A program made the position numbers and the translations under genes. From positions 96,001 through 160,000 of the forward strand of contig CAVVUS010000018.1 of assembly GCA_963751345.1 (NCBI GenBank): a stretch of 64,000 bases of DNA, read 5' to 3'. The DNA is from an uncultured Chloroflexia bacterium (GTDB taxonomy: Bacteria > Chloroflexota > Anaerolineae > B4-G1 > SLSP01). This document shows, piece by piece, positions 1 through 10,227 of this stretch (positions are counted from its first letter, which is position 1; the number at the start of each line of letters is the position of its first letter). The notes under the pieces were generated by a model. That model was not told where the DNA came from and did not search any database. It saw only the letters and a program-made list of their open reading frames with translations.

Positions 1-1
1 C

Positions 2-835
<834 letters not shown>

Positions 836-873
836 GGCCGGGCAAAGGCAGACCCTCTGGTTTGATCCTCATG

Positions 874-915
874 CGACAAAGCGCCTACCGAGTTCACTCG
901 GTAGGCGCTTTGTCG
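874..915. terminator. Perfect 19-bp stem-loop downstream of fucI
   Basis: cgacaaagcgcctaccgag-ttca-ctcggtaggcgctttgtcg; no strong U tract. Confidence 0.55.
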
Positions 916-1032
916 TCCGCTTCCGATCCCGCTCCTACCTGACAAGTTGTGCAGCATTACGAATATGGAGACCCGAGGCTTGCATAGTAGCGGATTCTCC
1001 CCAGAATTACGGGAGCACGAAGGGGGGTGACT

Positions 1033-1194
1033 ATGCCGAAAGAAGAGAAGTCGCCGTCGGCGGAGCGGCGATATCCGCCTTTCTGGGAACGGGCCGTTCC
1101 TATCGCGTTGGGTGTGATTGCCTTGGTCGTCGTGGTCTTGCTGATCATTGCCATCGTCATCGTCCTGGGGCTGTTTCCGGCTGCGGCGGCATAA
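1033..1194 (+). CDS. Small single-pass membrane protein (53 aa), absent from the ORF track
   Basis: Translates to MPKEEKSPSAERRYPPFWERAVPIALGVIALVVVVLLIIAIVIVLGLFPAAAA; G-rich RBS (aggggggtga) just upstream. Confidence 0.65.
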   Translation: MPKEEKSPSAERRYPPFWERAVPIALGVIALVVVVLLIIAIVIVLGLFPAAAA

Positions 1195-1245
1195 CAGGCG
1201 AGCACGCCGGCTGTTGGCAAACCCTCGGTGGTTGAGGAGTAATAT

Positions 1246-1968
1246 ATGAACGCAATGAACACGATATTGCCGTTTACTTCGAGTCTCGTCAGCGTCATCT
1301 TTGCTTTCTTTGTGCTTAGACGTTACCTGGCGCGCCGAGGGCTGCATCTCCTGCTTTGGGGCATTGGGATGATCTTCTACGGCATCGGTGGCTTCTGCGA
1401 GGGATACTATGGCGCCTTTGGGTGGAGCCCCCTGGTTTTCCGGCTATGGTACCTTTTCGGGGCGATCTTGGTCGCTGCCTGGCTGGGACAGGGCACAGTC
1501 TACTTGCTGGTGAAGCGGTCGTGGGCCCACGCCCTGATGGTCGTGTTGGCCTTGGGCTCTCTCTACAGCGCGTTTCGCGTCTTCGGTGCGGAGCTCGATC
1601 CGAGTCTGATGACGACGAGCCTCCACACGGGGAGCGAGATGAGCGGCCACGCGATTGTGACCCCAGGTGTTCGGATGCTGACGCCGTTCTTCAACGTCTA
1701 CGGGACGATCACGCTGGTGGGGGGCGCGGGCTACTCCATATGGCTGTTCTGGCGCAAACGCGTGCTTCTGCATCGAACGATTGGCAATATCTTCATCGCG
1801 GTGGGCGCGATTCTCCCGGCGTTTGGCGGCACCTTCAGCCGGGTGGGCTTCGCCGGCGCGCTTTACGTAAGCGAGTTCTTGGGCGCGGTCCTGATGTTCA
1901 TCGGCTTTCTGCGGGCCACGACACCGATGCGCGTTCGTGACCCGGCTGCTTCCGCCTCGACGCGCTAG
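1246..1968 (+). CDS. Polytopic (~7 TM) membrane protein of unknown function
   Basis: 240-aa hydrophobic ORF with gaggag RBS. Confidence 0.75.
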   Translation: MNAMNTILPFTSSLVSVIFAFFVLRRYLARRGLHLLLWGIGMIFYGIGGFCEGYYGAFGWSPLVFRLWYLFGAILVAAWLGQGTVYLLVKRSWAHALMVVLALGSLYSAFRVFGAELDPSLMTTSLHTGSEMSGHAIVTPGVRMLTPFFNVYGTITLVGGAGYSIWLFWRKRVLLHRTIGNIFIAVGAILPAFGGTFSRVGFAGALYVSEFLGAVLMFIGFLRATTPMRVRDPAASASTR

Positions 1969-1977
1969 ACACCCAGC

Positions 1978-2602
1978 GTGGACGCCCTCACCGAAACGAG
2001 GTTCGCTCAGGCTATCTCAGATCTTTCAGCTCTTGACCCTGGGCTGGCTCGTGTCATATGCAGGTGGGGCGCTCCTCCCTTCTGGACCCACGAGCCCGGA
2101 TTCCGGGGCCTCGTGCTCGCGATTCTCTCCCAGCAGGTCTCACTGGAGTCGGCGGAGGCTGCGTTTTCCAAGCTCCAAGGACAACTTGGAGAAGGTCACA
2201 CCCGAGCGATTTCTGACGCTGGACGACGCCACGTTGCGCGCGATCGGGTTCAGCCGCCAGAAGGCGGGGTACGTCCGGGGCCTCGCCGAAGCCATCGTCG
2301 GTGGTACCCTCGATCTGGATGCGATTGGGAGGATGGACGATGAAGCGGCCCGACAGGCGTTGATCGCGATCAGGGGAATCGGTCCGTGGACGGCCGATAC
2401 CTACATTCTCTTCTCACTGCGCAGGCCGGACGCCTGGCCATTTGGCGACCTAGCGCTGGCCAAAGCGGTCCAGGAGGTTCGCGGGCTCGACGACCTCCCA
2501 AGCTACGAGGACGTCGACGTCATCGCCGAGAGCTGGCGTCCCTGGCGCGCCGTGGCAGCCCGCATCCTTTGGCATCATTATCTCAGCGAGCGTGGACGGT
2601 AG
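1978..2602 (+). CDS. alkA: DNA-3-methyladenine glycosylase II (AlkA/HhH-GPD family), one frameshift near 2190
   Basis: ILSQQVS in the first frame; HhH motif LIAIRGIGPWTAD and WRPWRAVAARILW in the second frame. Confidence 0.8.
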
Positions 2603-2614
2603 AGGAGGATCTTG

Positions 2615-3496
2615 ATGCGACCACAGATCGTGAGTGACTGGTGGCAAGTGGCGGGTGACCCTGATCTGGGCGCCTATACTACGCCCGAGCAGCAGCCCGT
2701 TGACTTCGCTGTGTGGCAGGCAGCCGACGGCACCTGGCAGCTCTGGTCGTGCATCCGGGGCACGAGCTGTGGCGGGCAGACGCGGCTCTTCTACCGCTGG
2801 GAGGGCGCCGACCTGACTGGACGCCGACTGGCAGCCGATGGGTATCGCGATGGAGGCGCGCACGGATCTCGGCGAGACGCCGGGTGGACTACAGGCGCCC
2901 CACGTGGTCAAAGAGGGCGGCACCTATCATATGTTCTATGGCGATTGGGAGCGCATCTGCCTCGCCCGGAGCGAGGACGGGAAGCTCTTCGAGCGGGTGC
3001 AGGTCAAGGATGGACAGCCCGACGCTCTTCTCGGGGCCCTACGGGAACAGCCGCGATCCGATGGTTCTCAGAATTCACGATACCTACTACTGCTACTACA
3101 CGGGCCATAAGGAGGACGCCAAGCCCGCGGCAGCCGTCTTCTGTCGAACCTCGACCGGACATGCTGACCTGGAGCGATCCCGTGATCGTCAGCGCCGGCG
3201 GGCAAGCGGCCTTGGAGACCGACTGGTACGGCGGCGACTGTGAATGCCCTCACGTGGTTGAGCGGAATGGGCGCTATTGCCTCTTCCGCAACCAGCGCTA
3301 TGGCGCCAACGCGCTCAATACCCAGTATGTTTCACCCGATCCGCTCGATTTCGGCGTGGACGACGACCGCTACCGGGTCGGGACCCTGCCCGTCGCCGCG
3401 CCGGAGATCGTAACCCATGAGGGACGGACCTACATCGCGGCGTTGATGCCCTCGCTCAAGGGTATTCGGATCGCGGAGCTCGATTCGTTGGGTTGA
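2615..3496 (+). CDS. Putative beta-propeller glycoside hydrolase (GH32/GH43-like), several frameshifts
   Basis: Segments in different frames read QPVDFAVWQ, LQAPHVVKEGGTYHMFYG, RDPMVLR and DCECPHVVERNGRY, resembling clan GH-J/F catalytic motifs. Confidence 0.6.
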   Translation: MRPQIVSDWWQVAGDPDLGAYTTPEQQPVDFAVWQAADGTWQLWSCIRGTSCGGQTRLFYRWEGADLTGRRLAADGYRDGGAHGSRRDAGWTTGAPRGQRGRHLSYVLWRLGAHLPRPERGREALRAGAGQGWTARRSSRGPTGTAAIRWFSEFTIPTTATTRAIRRTPSPRQPSSVEPRPDMLTWSDPVIVSAGGQAALETDWYGGDCECPHVVERNGRYCLFRNQRYGANALNTQYVSPDPLDFGVDDDRYRVGTLPVAAPEIVTHEGRTYIAALMPSLKGIRIAELDSLG

Positions 3497-3516
3497 TTGA
3501 CGCATTGGATAGACGA

Positions 3517-3551
3517 TAGAGCGCCGACTGGATCGATCCAGCCGGCGCTCT
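3517..3551. terminator. Near-perfect palindrome between convergent genes (bidirectional terminator candidate)
   Basis: agagcgccgactggatc-gatccagccggcgctct. Confidence 0.5.
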
Positions 3552-3566
3552 GACGTCTGTCGGAGG

Positions 3567-4979
3567 CTACGTCCCCAGCTCCCCGAACCGCGCCATGATG
3601 GCCAGCGCGGGGTCGACGGGGACCTCGGCACGTTTGACGTCCGCAGGGATGTGGATCGTCGGCGTGGGACGGATGGCCTTGCCCGAGAACTGCGGCATCC
3701 ACTGCTTCTCAGCCTCCAGCATCTCGGCGGCCATCTCGCGGATCTCTTTGAGGGTGAGCACCGCGCTCGTCAGCGGGTCCAGCGCGCAGGCGTGGACGAT
3801 GTGCTCGGTATCGCCCGCCATCGCTGCCTCGACCGTCAGCCGCTGGACGTTGATGTTAGTCAGGTTGAGCGCTGCGCACTGCGGCGGCAGGTCGCCCACC
3901 ACAGTCTTGTGCAGACCGAGGCTGTCGACGTAGATCGGGCCCTCGGCACAACAATCGGCGGGCAGGTTGGTGATCATCCCGCCGTTGATGACGTTGCCGT
4001 TGAGCCTGAAGGGCCGGCCGGTCTCAAGCGCCTCGATGACGTAAGAACCGTACTCGATCGAGCGTGACGGCAGGACTCGGGGTTCGTCCGCCAATAGCTC
4101 CGTTCCCGCGTACTTGTCCGCAACGTACTTGCTGAACTTGTAGTACGCACCACTCTCGCCCCCGAAGCCCGGCTCATCGCAGTAGAGATCCAGCGCCTCC
4201 TGGCTGCTGCGGAACCACGGCACGTATTCGGCCAGGTGGCCCGTCGACTCGGTCATAAAGTAGCCGAACTGACGGAAGACTTCGCCACGGACCTTCTCGT
4301 TGACGTAGTATTCGGGCTGCTCGAAGCGCTCACGTAAGATCGGGTACAGGTCCTTGCCTTCGTGCTCGAGCCTGAGAAACCATCCCATGTGGTTGATGCC
4401 GGCGCAGAGGAAGTCGATCTCGTCCTTGGCAACGCCAACGTAGCCCGAGATGAGGTCCATCGTCGTCTGCACGCCGTGGCAGAGCCCGACAAAGGGCACC
4501 TTGGTGGTGCCGATGGCCCACGAGACCATCGCCATTGGGTTGACGTAGTTCAGCAGATAGGCATTGGGGCAGAGCTCCTCCATATCGTGCGCGAGATCGA
4601 GCATCACAGGGATACTTCGCAACGCACGGAAGATGCCGCCGGGCCCCAGCGTATCGCCGATGCATTGATCGACGCCGTACTTCAACGGGATTTCGTAGTC
4701 GGCTTGAAATCCTTGAATGCCGCCGACCTGGAACGTGGCAATGACATAGTCCGCATCCTTGATGGCCTCACGCCGATCCGTTGTGATCCAGACTCTTGCG
4801 GGTAGCTTGTTGACGGCGATGACCTCTTTGACGAAGCTTTCCACCTGGGGTGTGCGCCGCGTGCTGGGCGCCATCAGTGCGAACTCCGTATCCTCCAGAC
4901 CCGGCGTCGCCAGGATATCCAGGACGAGGGTTTTGCAGAAGACGATACTGCCTGCTCCGATAATCGCGACTTTTGCCAT
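3567..4979 (-). CDS. melA: GH4 NAD+/Mn-dependent alpha-galactosidase/glucosidase (MelA-like)
   Basis: KVAIIGAGS, IGDTLGPGG, NYVNPM, GLCHGVQ, AGINHM and TESTGH motifs; ggagga RBS before the ATG at 4979. Confidence 0.85.
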   Translation of the reverse strand: MAKVAIIGAGSIVFCKTLVLDILATPGLEDTEFALMAPSTRRTPQVESFVKEVIAVNKLPARVWITTDRREAIKDADYVIATFQVGGIQGFQADYEIPLKYGVDQCIGDTLGPGGIFRALRSIPVMLDLAHDMEELCPNAYLLNYVNPMAMVSWAIGTTKVPFVGLCHGVQTTMDLISGYVGVAKDEIDFLCAGINHMGWFLRLEHEGKDLYPILRERFEQPEYYVNEKVRGEVFRQFGYFMTESTGHLAEYVPWFRSSQEALDLYCDEPGFGGESGAYYKFSKYVADKYAGTELLADEPRVLPSRSIEYGSYVIEALETGRPFRLNGNVINGGMITNLPADCCAEGPIYVDSLGLHKTVVGDLPPQCAALNLTNINVQRLTVEAAMAGDTEHIVHACALDPLTSAVLTLKEIREMAAEMLEAEKQWMPQFSGKAIRPTPTIHIPADVKRAEVPVDPALAIMARFGELGT

Positions 4980-5003
4980 CGTGCTCCTCCTGTGCAATTG
5001 GTC

Positions 5004-5099
5004 AGAATGGAGAATCAGCGAGTGAGCGAGCAAGCGAAAGTGCGCCTTATCGCTCGCTCGCCTTTTCGTTTATTCGCTGATTCTCTCATTCTCCATTCT
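5004..5099. repeat. Imperfect long palindrome built of 8-nt periodic units
   Basis: Left arm agaatgg agaatcag cgagtgag cgagcaag; reverse complement of the right arm agaatgg agaatgag agaatcag cgaataaa cgaaaagg cgagcgag. Confidence 0.65.
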
Positions 5100-6185
5100 T
5101 TATTCTCCAAGGTTCTCGTACAGATAGAGCCCATCTTTCCCGGGTGCTACGACGTCGAGCTTGCCGTTGCCCGTGACGTCGGCGATGGCAAAGGAGATGC
5201 CGCAGCCCTTGCCTTTGCCGGGAGGGCCATAGTCGATGATCTGCTTGGCGAAGCCTTCGCCGGTCCACTTGAAATAGTAGATGCCGACGTCATCAGGGGA
5301 GCCCTGGTCATGGCCGTTGTGCGCACGATAGCGCTTGCCGGTCACCAATTCGCAGGCGCCATCGCCATCAAGATCGACCCACTGCAGGTCGTGGTATTGG
5401 GCGTTGAAGGGGTCGATCGGGTGCTTGACCCATGTGCGGGTCCCATCAGCGCTCACCCGCTGCTCCCACCAGTCCAGTCCGTAACCGTGGCCGTTGCCCA
5501 CGATGAGGTCGTTGATCCCGTTGCCGTTGACGTCCACGACGAGGATCGGCACACTGGAATTCCTGCCCAGCTCGAAGTCGGGATGGAATATCCATTCGCC
5601 TGTGTAGGGGGCCTCCGGCGCCTCGAGCCACCCGTTAATCAGGACGAAGTCCCCGCGTCCGTTGCCGGTGATGTCGCCGAAGCCGAGCCCGTGCCCCTGC
5701 TTCTCCCTGCGGATCGTGTAGGCCATGAACTCCCCTGTACCCTTGCCCGCAGCGTCGGTCACGAGTTTGTAGACCACCAGCGGTGCGCCGGGGGTGTTGG
5801 GCACGATTTCCTGCTGCCCGTCGCCGTCGACGTCCCAGGCACGAGTCGTCTCGACGTTGCCGGTATGGGCGATGACGTGCTCGGGCCATTCCTTACCGGG
5901 ATCGCCGGGGTTCTCCCGCCAGCGGATTGTGTCGCCCCACCAGCCACCGGTGACGAAGTCGAGCCGCCCATTGCCGTTGATATCCATCGGGATCGTCGAG
6001 AAGTCGTCGTAATACTCTCCGATGGCCTGCACCTCTCCTACGGTGTGTTGGGTCTTGATGTCCGCCGTTTCGTACCAGTAGGCACCGGAGACGATGTTGG
6101 GCTTGCCGTCACCGGTGACGTCAAAGGCACCGGCCGACTCAAAGCGTTCGAGCGCAATGAGGGTTTTCTTCCACTTCAGCGGCAT
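5100..6185 (-). CDS. FG-GAP/VCBS repeat beta-propeller protein
   Basis: Seven DxxGDGxxDxV-like repeats (DVTGDGKPNIV, DINGNGRLDFV, DVDGDGQQEIV, DLDGDGACELV and others); ggagga RBS. Confidence 0.85.
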   Translation of the reverse strand: MPLKWKKTLIALERFESAGAFDVTGDGKPNIVSGAYWYETADIKTQHTVGEVQAIGEYYDDFSTIPMDINGNGRLDFVTGGWWGDTIRWRENPGDPGKEWPEHVIAHTGNVETTRAWDVDGDGQQEIVPNTPGAPLVVYKLVTDAAGKGTGEFMAYTIRREKQGHGLGFGDITGNGRGDFVLINGWLEAPEAPYTGEWIFHPDFELGRNSSVPILVVDVNGNGINDLIVGNGHGYGLDWWEQRVSADGTRTWVKHPIDPFNAQYHDLQWVDLDGDGACELVTGKRYRAHNGHDQGSPDDVGIYYFKWTGEGFAKQIIDYGPPGKGKGCGISFAIADVTGNGKLDVVAPGKDGLYLYENLGE

Positions 6186-6287
6186 GGTATCCTCCATATT
6201 GGACAAAGTGATTGGTGATAGGAAAACCGTGACGATTGACGAGTAACTGGAGTCTGATGTGCAACGTCGAGCATCCGTTATCCAGCC

Positions 6288-7346
6288 TCAGCCTCCCGTC
6301 TGTAGCCGGATGTACTCTCTCGCGATCTTGAGATCCTCCAGTGCCTCCGCGGCCTGGCAGGGGGGCTGGGCCTCGCCCTTGATGGCTGCAACGAAGTTCA
6401 TCGCCTGCTGCCGCATCGCGTGGATCCAGGGCAACTGCGGGATGACCGTCTCCGGTGTGACGCCGTTGCCCGGGTCACGGAAGAGTTCCACGCGCCCCGG
6501 ACGGTTGCTCGCCAGAGGCGCGGGCAGGTCGATCTTCACGTAGCCGTGCTCGAAGCAGACCAGGGCCGATTCCTGCCAATCGATCGATGTCTGGTAAGGT
6601 GACATCTCGATCGTGCAAGCTACGCCGCTCTCGCTTTGCCCGGCGAAGAGGACGCCCGAGGGCTCCGCATAGGTGACTTGATAGGGCTCGCCGAGCAGGT
6701 AACGCATCAGATTGACCTGGTGGATGTAGTAGTTGACGAACGCTGTGTAGCGCTTGTAGGTCTCTGCATCCATATCCGAAGCAGGCGGGTCGCGGTCGAC
6801 GGCGGGATAGCCGCCGGGTATACGGATCAGATCGTTGAAACCACCGGCGACCCAGTCCCCGGCAGGCATCAGAATGCGCACATATGTCATCTTGCCCAGT
6901 TTCCCCGTCTCCTTGAGACGCAGGATCTCGTCTCGTGCGCGCATCGTGGCGGGATCGCTGCGCTTGTGGTAGCCCACCATGTGCCACGTACCACTCGCCG
7001 CGACGGCGTCGGCAACCGCCTGCCCCACCTCGACCGAAGCTGCCAGCGGCTTCTCGGTGAAGATGGGGATCCCGGCCTCCAGCAGTTCAGGCACCAGGAT
7101 ACCGTGGCGATCGAAGGGCTGCGCCGCGACAATACCGTCGAGTTCCTCGTGCTCCAGCATCGACTCGAAAGACGGATAGACGCCGGGAATACCATAGCGG
7201 GCAGCGACAGCCCGGCCCAGATCCTCGCGCAGCTCAGCCAGTGCGACGACCTCGCAATCCGGCACGGTGACGTAGTTCTTGAGATGGGCGCACTGGCCCA
7301 TACTCCCCACGCCCACGAATCCGATTCTTACTTTGCGTTCTGACAT
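6288..7346 (-). CDS. Gfo/Idh/MocA family oxidoreductase
   Basis: RIGFVGVGSMG Rossmann motif, EKPLA, VGYHKR. Confidence 0.88.
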   Translation of the reverse strand: MSERKVRIGFVGVGSMGQCAHLKNYVTVPDCEVVALAELREDLGRAVAARYGIPGVYPSFESMLEHEELDGIVAAQPFDRHGILVPELLEAGIPIFTEKPLAASVEVGQAVADAVAASGTWHMVGYHKRSDPATMRARDEILRLKETGKLGKMTYVRILMPAGDWVAGGFNDLIRIPGGYPAVDRDPPASDMDAETYKRYTAFVNYYIHQVNLMRYLLGEPYQVTYAEPSGVLFAGQSESGVACTIEMSPYQTSIDWQESALVCFEHGYVKIDLPAPLASNRPGRVELFRDPGNGVTPETVIPQLPWIHAMRQQAMNFVAAIKGEAQPPCQAAEALEDLKIAREYIRLQTGG

Positions 7347-7408
7347 CGGCACCTCTTTCCAGTTTCGGGATCCGGCGAAATAAGTCTGTGATAACCGGCC
7401 TACCGATT

Positions 7409-8509
7409 CTAAGAGACTGCTTTCCCCACCAGCGCCTTCAGCCCTTGGGCGTAGTAGATGTAGTTGTCCCACGATACGTCGTCAGGGATGAGGTGATCCA
7501 GCGCCGGGATGTAGCGTCCTGCCTCAACCGCCGGTCGGATACGCTCGAGTTCGGCATCAATTGCTGCGGGCCCTACCGCCAGCGTGCGCTTGTCGATGCC
7601 GCCCATCATGGCCAACCTTGGGTATTTCTGCCGCCAGACCGTGACGTCACAGCCTGCAGCGACCTCCATCGGGAAGAGCAGGTTCACCCCGGCCTCGATC
7701 ATAGGGGGCGCGATAAGGTCGGGATTGCCGTCAGTGTCGACGGAGATGACCGGGATGTCGTGTGCATCGGCGAAGGCCTTGATCCGGCGGTAGCAGGGAC
7801 CCAGAAACGCCTTCCAGTGTCGAGGCGAGATCAGGGGGCCTCCACGATAGCACATATCCTCCCAGAGGTGGATCTCGTCGACCCTGACCTCGCCCACGAC
7901 CTTCTCGAAGACGGTCAGATAGATCGACGTCAGGTGCTCCATGATCTCGTGGGCGAGGTCGGGCATCGTGATCAGTGCGATCAAGCCCTCCTCGTCCCCC
8001 ATCAGCCAACGATAGGGGCCGAAGACCCCGGCGTTGGGATAGGCGCCCAAGCGGATGGGATAGCCCTCGCTCATCCACCTACGCCCTACCTCTCTCCAGT
8101 CGCCCTGGAGGCGGTCCGCGTGATCGGGGTCGAGATACATCGCCTTGAACCGCTCCCAGTCCTTGCGATCCTTGACCGGGAACTCAAGGAACTCCGACAT
8201 CGACTCCCCGTGCTTGTAGTCCCGCCGCTTGATGCCCCAACCGTCAATGAAGGTGACGTAATCCTCGTCCTCTTCCAGGATCACCGGCGTGATCGCGGGG
8301 CAAGGGCCTGTGTTGACCGGTAAGCTCCTGGGTAGGGCATCCGTGCCCAAGGCAGCCTGGACATCACCGAAATTGCGGTAGGCGTCCGGCATGCCCTCCT
8401 GACGCCAGCGCTCCCAGGTTCGGCCCCATGGGCCCCAGAAGAGCCAGTAGGGTGCCCGATCGACGGGATTGCCCAGGATTGTGGCCAGAAGCCTTTCTCT
8501 ATCATTCAT
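7409..8509 (-). CDS. Uroporphyrinogen decarboxylase (URO-D/MtaA-CmuA) family protein
   Basis: LWEDMCYRGGPLISP, VDTDGN, GGIDKR and GRYIPALDHLIPDDVSWDNY. Confidence 0.8.
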   Translation of the reverse strand: MNDRERLLATILGNPVDRAPYWLFWGPWGRTWERWRQEGMPDAYRNFGDVQAALGTDALPRSLPVNTGPCPAITPVILEEDEDYVTFIDGWGIKRRDYKHGESMSEFLEFPVKDRKDWERFKAMYLDPDHADRLQGDWREVGRRWMSEGYPIRLGAYPNAGVFGPYRWLMGDEEGLIALITMPDLAHEIMEHLTSIYLTVFEKVVGEVRVDEIHLWEDMCYRGGPLISPRHWKAFLGPCYRRIKAFADAHDIPVISVDTDGNPDLIAPPMIEAGVNLLFPMEVAAGCDVTVWRQKYPRLAMMGGIDKRTLAVGPAAIDAELERIRPAVEAGRYIPALDHLIPDDVSWDNYIYYAQGLKALVGKAVS

Positions 8510-8641
8510 CGAGCCTGTGTCCTCACGATGATCGGCAATGGATCGATCTCACGCAGATCTATGATAGTCGAGGGTCCGGCGGCTGGCAATGCTCTCTCAT
8601 TTGTATGAGTTGTGGGTGATTGGAACAGGTCCGACTATCTC

Positions 8642-8650
8642 TGATATAAT
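8642..8650 (+). promoter_or_regulatory. Extended -10 promoter for parB
   Basis: TGaTATAAT about 65 nt upstream of the parB start. Confidence 0.5.
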
Positions 8651-8714
8651 GCCGTTGTCGGATGACGGTTGGGTGCGGTCGCAAAGTGCGGCGTGGTTGT
8701 GAGAAAGGGTGCGT

Positions 8715-9566
8715 ATGCCGAGACGTGGGTTGGGTCGTGGATTGGATATGCTGATACCGGCTGGTGAGCCCGAGGCGGATGGGCTGCGGCGGATCCCTAT
8801 CGACCAGATCTCGCCCAATCCCCACCAACCGCGGACCAGGTTATCGGAATCCACGCTGGAGGATCTCGCCGCTTCGATCCGCGAGCACGGCATCATCCAG
8901 CCTCTGGTCGTCACGCGTGACGACAATGGCGACTACCAGCTCATCGCGGGCGAGCGTCGGTGGCGTGCATCCAGGCTGGCGGGGCTGGATGAGGTTCCCG
9001 CGATCGTCAAGGAGGCCGCTCCTCAGGAGATGCTGGAGCTGGCCCTGGTCGAGAATATCCAGCGCGCGGACCTGAACCCCCTGGAAGAGGCTCTGGCCTA
9101 CCAGCACTTGGTCGATGAGTTCGGATTGTCGCAGGGCGAGGTGGCACAGCGCGTGGGCAAGAGCCGCCCCGCCATCACCAACCTGATGCGCTTACTCTCG
9201 GCTTCCGAAGCCGTGCGTCAGGCCTTGCTTGACGGCGATGTCACCGAGGGGCACGGCAGGGCGCTGCTCGGGCTGGATACGGATGTGGCTCAAGACGCGG
9301 CCCTTCACACGGTGATTCAGGAAGAATTGACGGTCAGGGAGACGGAAGCGTTAGTACGTCAACTCCGCCAACCCAAAGAAACGGTGCGCTCACGGGCGGA
9401 GGGCAACGATCCGCACATTCGGGCTCTCGAGGAGCGCTTCTGCGAGGCGCTGGGAACTCGCGTTCGCGTGAAACACGGCAAGAAGCAGGGCCGTGTGGTG
9501 ATCTACTATTATTCTGATGAGGAGTTTCAGGCCCTCTACGAACGGTTGACGGGCCAGGAACTCTAG
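8715..9566 (+). CDS. parB: ParB/Spo0J chromosome partitioning protein
   Basis: GLGRGL N-terminus, NPHQPR, IAGERRWRA, LVENIQRADLNPLEEA and the HTH GKSRPAITN. Confidence 0.93.
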   Translation: MPRRGLGRGLDMLIPAGEPEADGLRRIPIDQISPNPHQPRTRLSESTLEDLAASIREHGIIQPLVVTRDDNGDYQLIAGERRWRASRLAGLDEVPAIVKEAAPQEMLELALVENIQRADLNPLEEALAYQHLVDEFGLSQGEVAQRVGKSRPAITNLMRLLSASEAVRQALLDGDVTEGHGRALLGLDTDVAQDAALHTVIQEELTVRETEALVRQLRQPKETVRSRAEGNDPHIRALEERFCEALGTRVRVKHGKKQGRVVIYYYSDEEFQALYERLTGQEL

Positions 9567-9588
9567 GTGGTGCTTGTCCTGGGCGGGT

Positions 9589-10227
9589 TCAGACGGTCTG
9601 TTTGTCCGTCCTCCAGCTAAGCGCATAGACGCAGAGCCCACCCTTCCCCGCGGCATTGTCCACTCTCGTCACTTCCGATTCCGGTCCTGCAAGTAACTGC
9701 ACCATATGCCGGTCGATCTGGCAGGTCTCAACGTGAGTCTGGCTGACGTGGAAGTAGGGACAACTGCTGACATAGATCATGTAGACGTCGTCCTCATCCT
9801 TCTGCCAGCGCGACGTGTAGCCCTGCTGGTTGAGGAAGGTCACCACACTCTCCACGCGCGCTTGTGGCTCCTCGGGCAGCGTCCCCGCCCGCTGAGCGAT
9901 GCGCTTTGCCGCTCGCTCCAAGAGAGCGTCTCGCTCCTCGGGTATCATGCACTCCTCGATGGAGCCCAACAGCGCCGATGCCAGGCCGCTGTAGTTGTTT
10001 GGGAACAGATCGGCTGCCGTGGAGGTGAGATGATAGACATACCGGGGTCTTCCGGGGCGATTTGAACGGCGAACCTCGGGATCGGATATGTAGCCTTCCG
10101 ATCGCAAGATTTCGAGATGGTGGCGCACTGTGACGCTGGTGAGCCCCAACTCATTACTGAGTTCCTGGACGGTCACCTCGCCATGACGCTTCATAATCTC
10201 TAGGATCTGTTGCCTGGTATCTTGCAT
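9589..10227 (-). CDS. SufR-like (COG2345) winged-HTH transcriptional regulator
   Basis: N-terminal HTH (TVRHHLEIL, GRPRYVY); C-terminal Cys residues CPY...TCQID...LC. Confidence 0.75.
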   Translation of the reverse strand: MQDTRQQILEIMKRHGEVTVQELSNELGLTSVTVRHHLEILRSEGYISDPEVRRSNRPGRPRYVYHLTSTAADLFPNNYSGLASALLGSIEECMIPEERDALLERAAKRIAQRAGTLPEEPQARVESVVTFLNQQGYTSRWQKDEDDVYMIYVSSCPYFHVSQTHVETCQIDRHMVQLLAGPESEVTRVDNAAGKGGLCVYALSWRTDKQTV

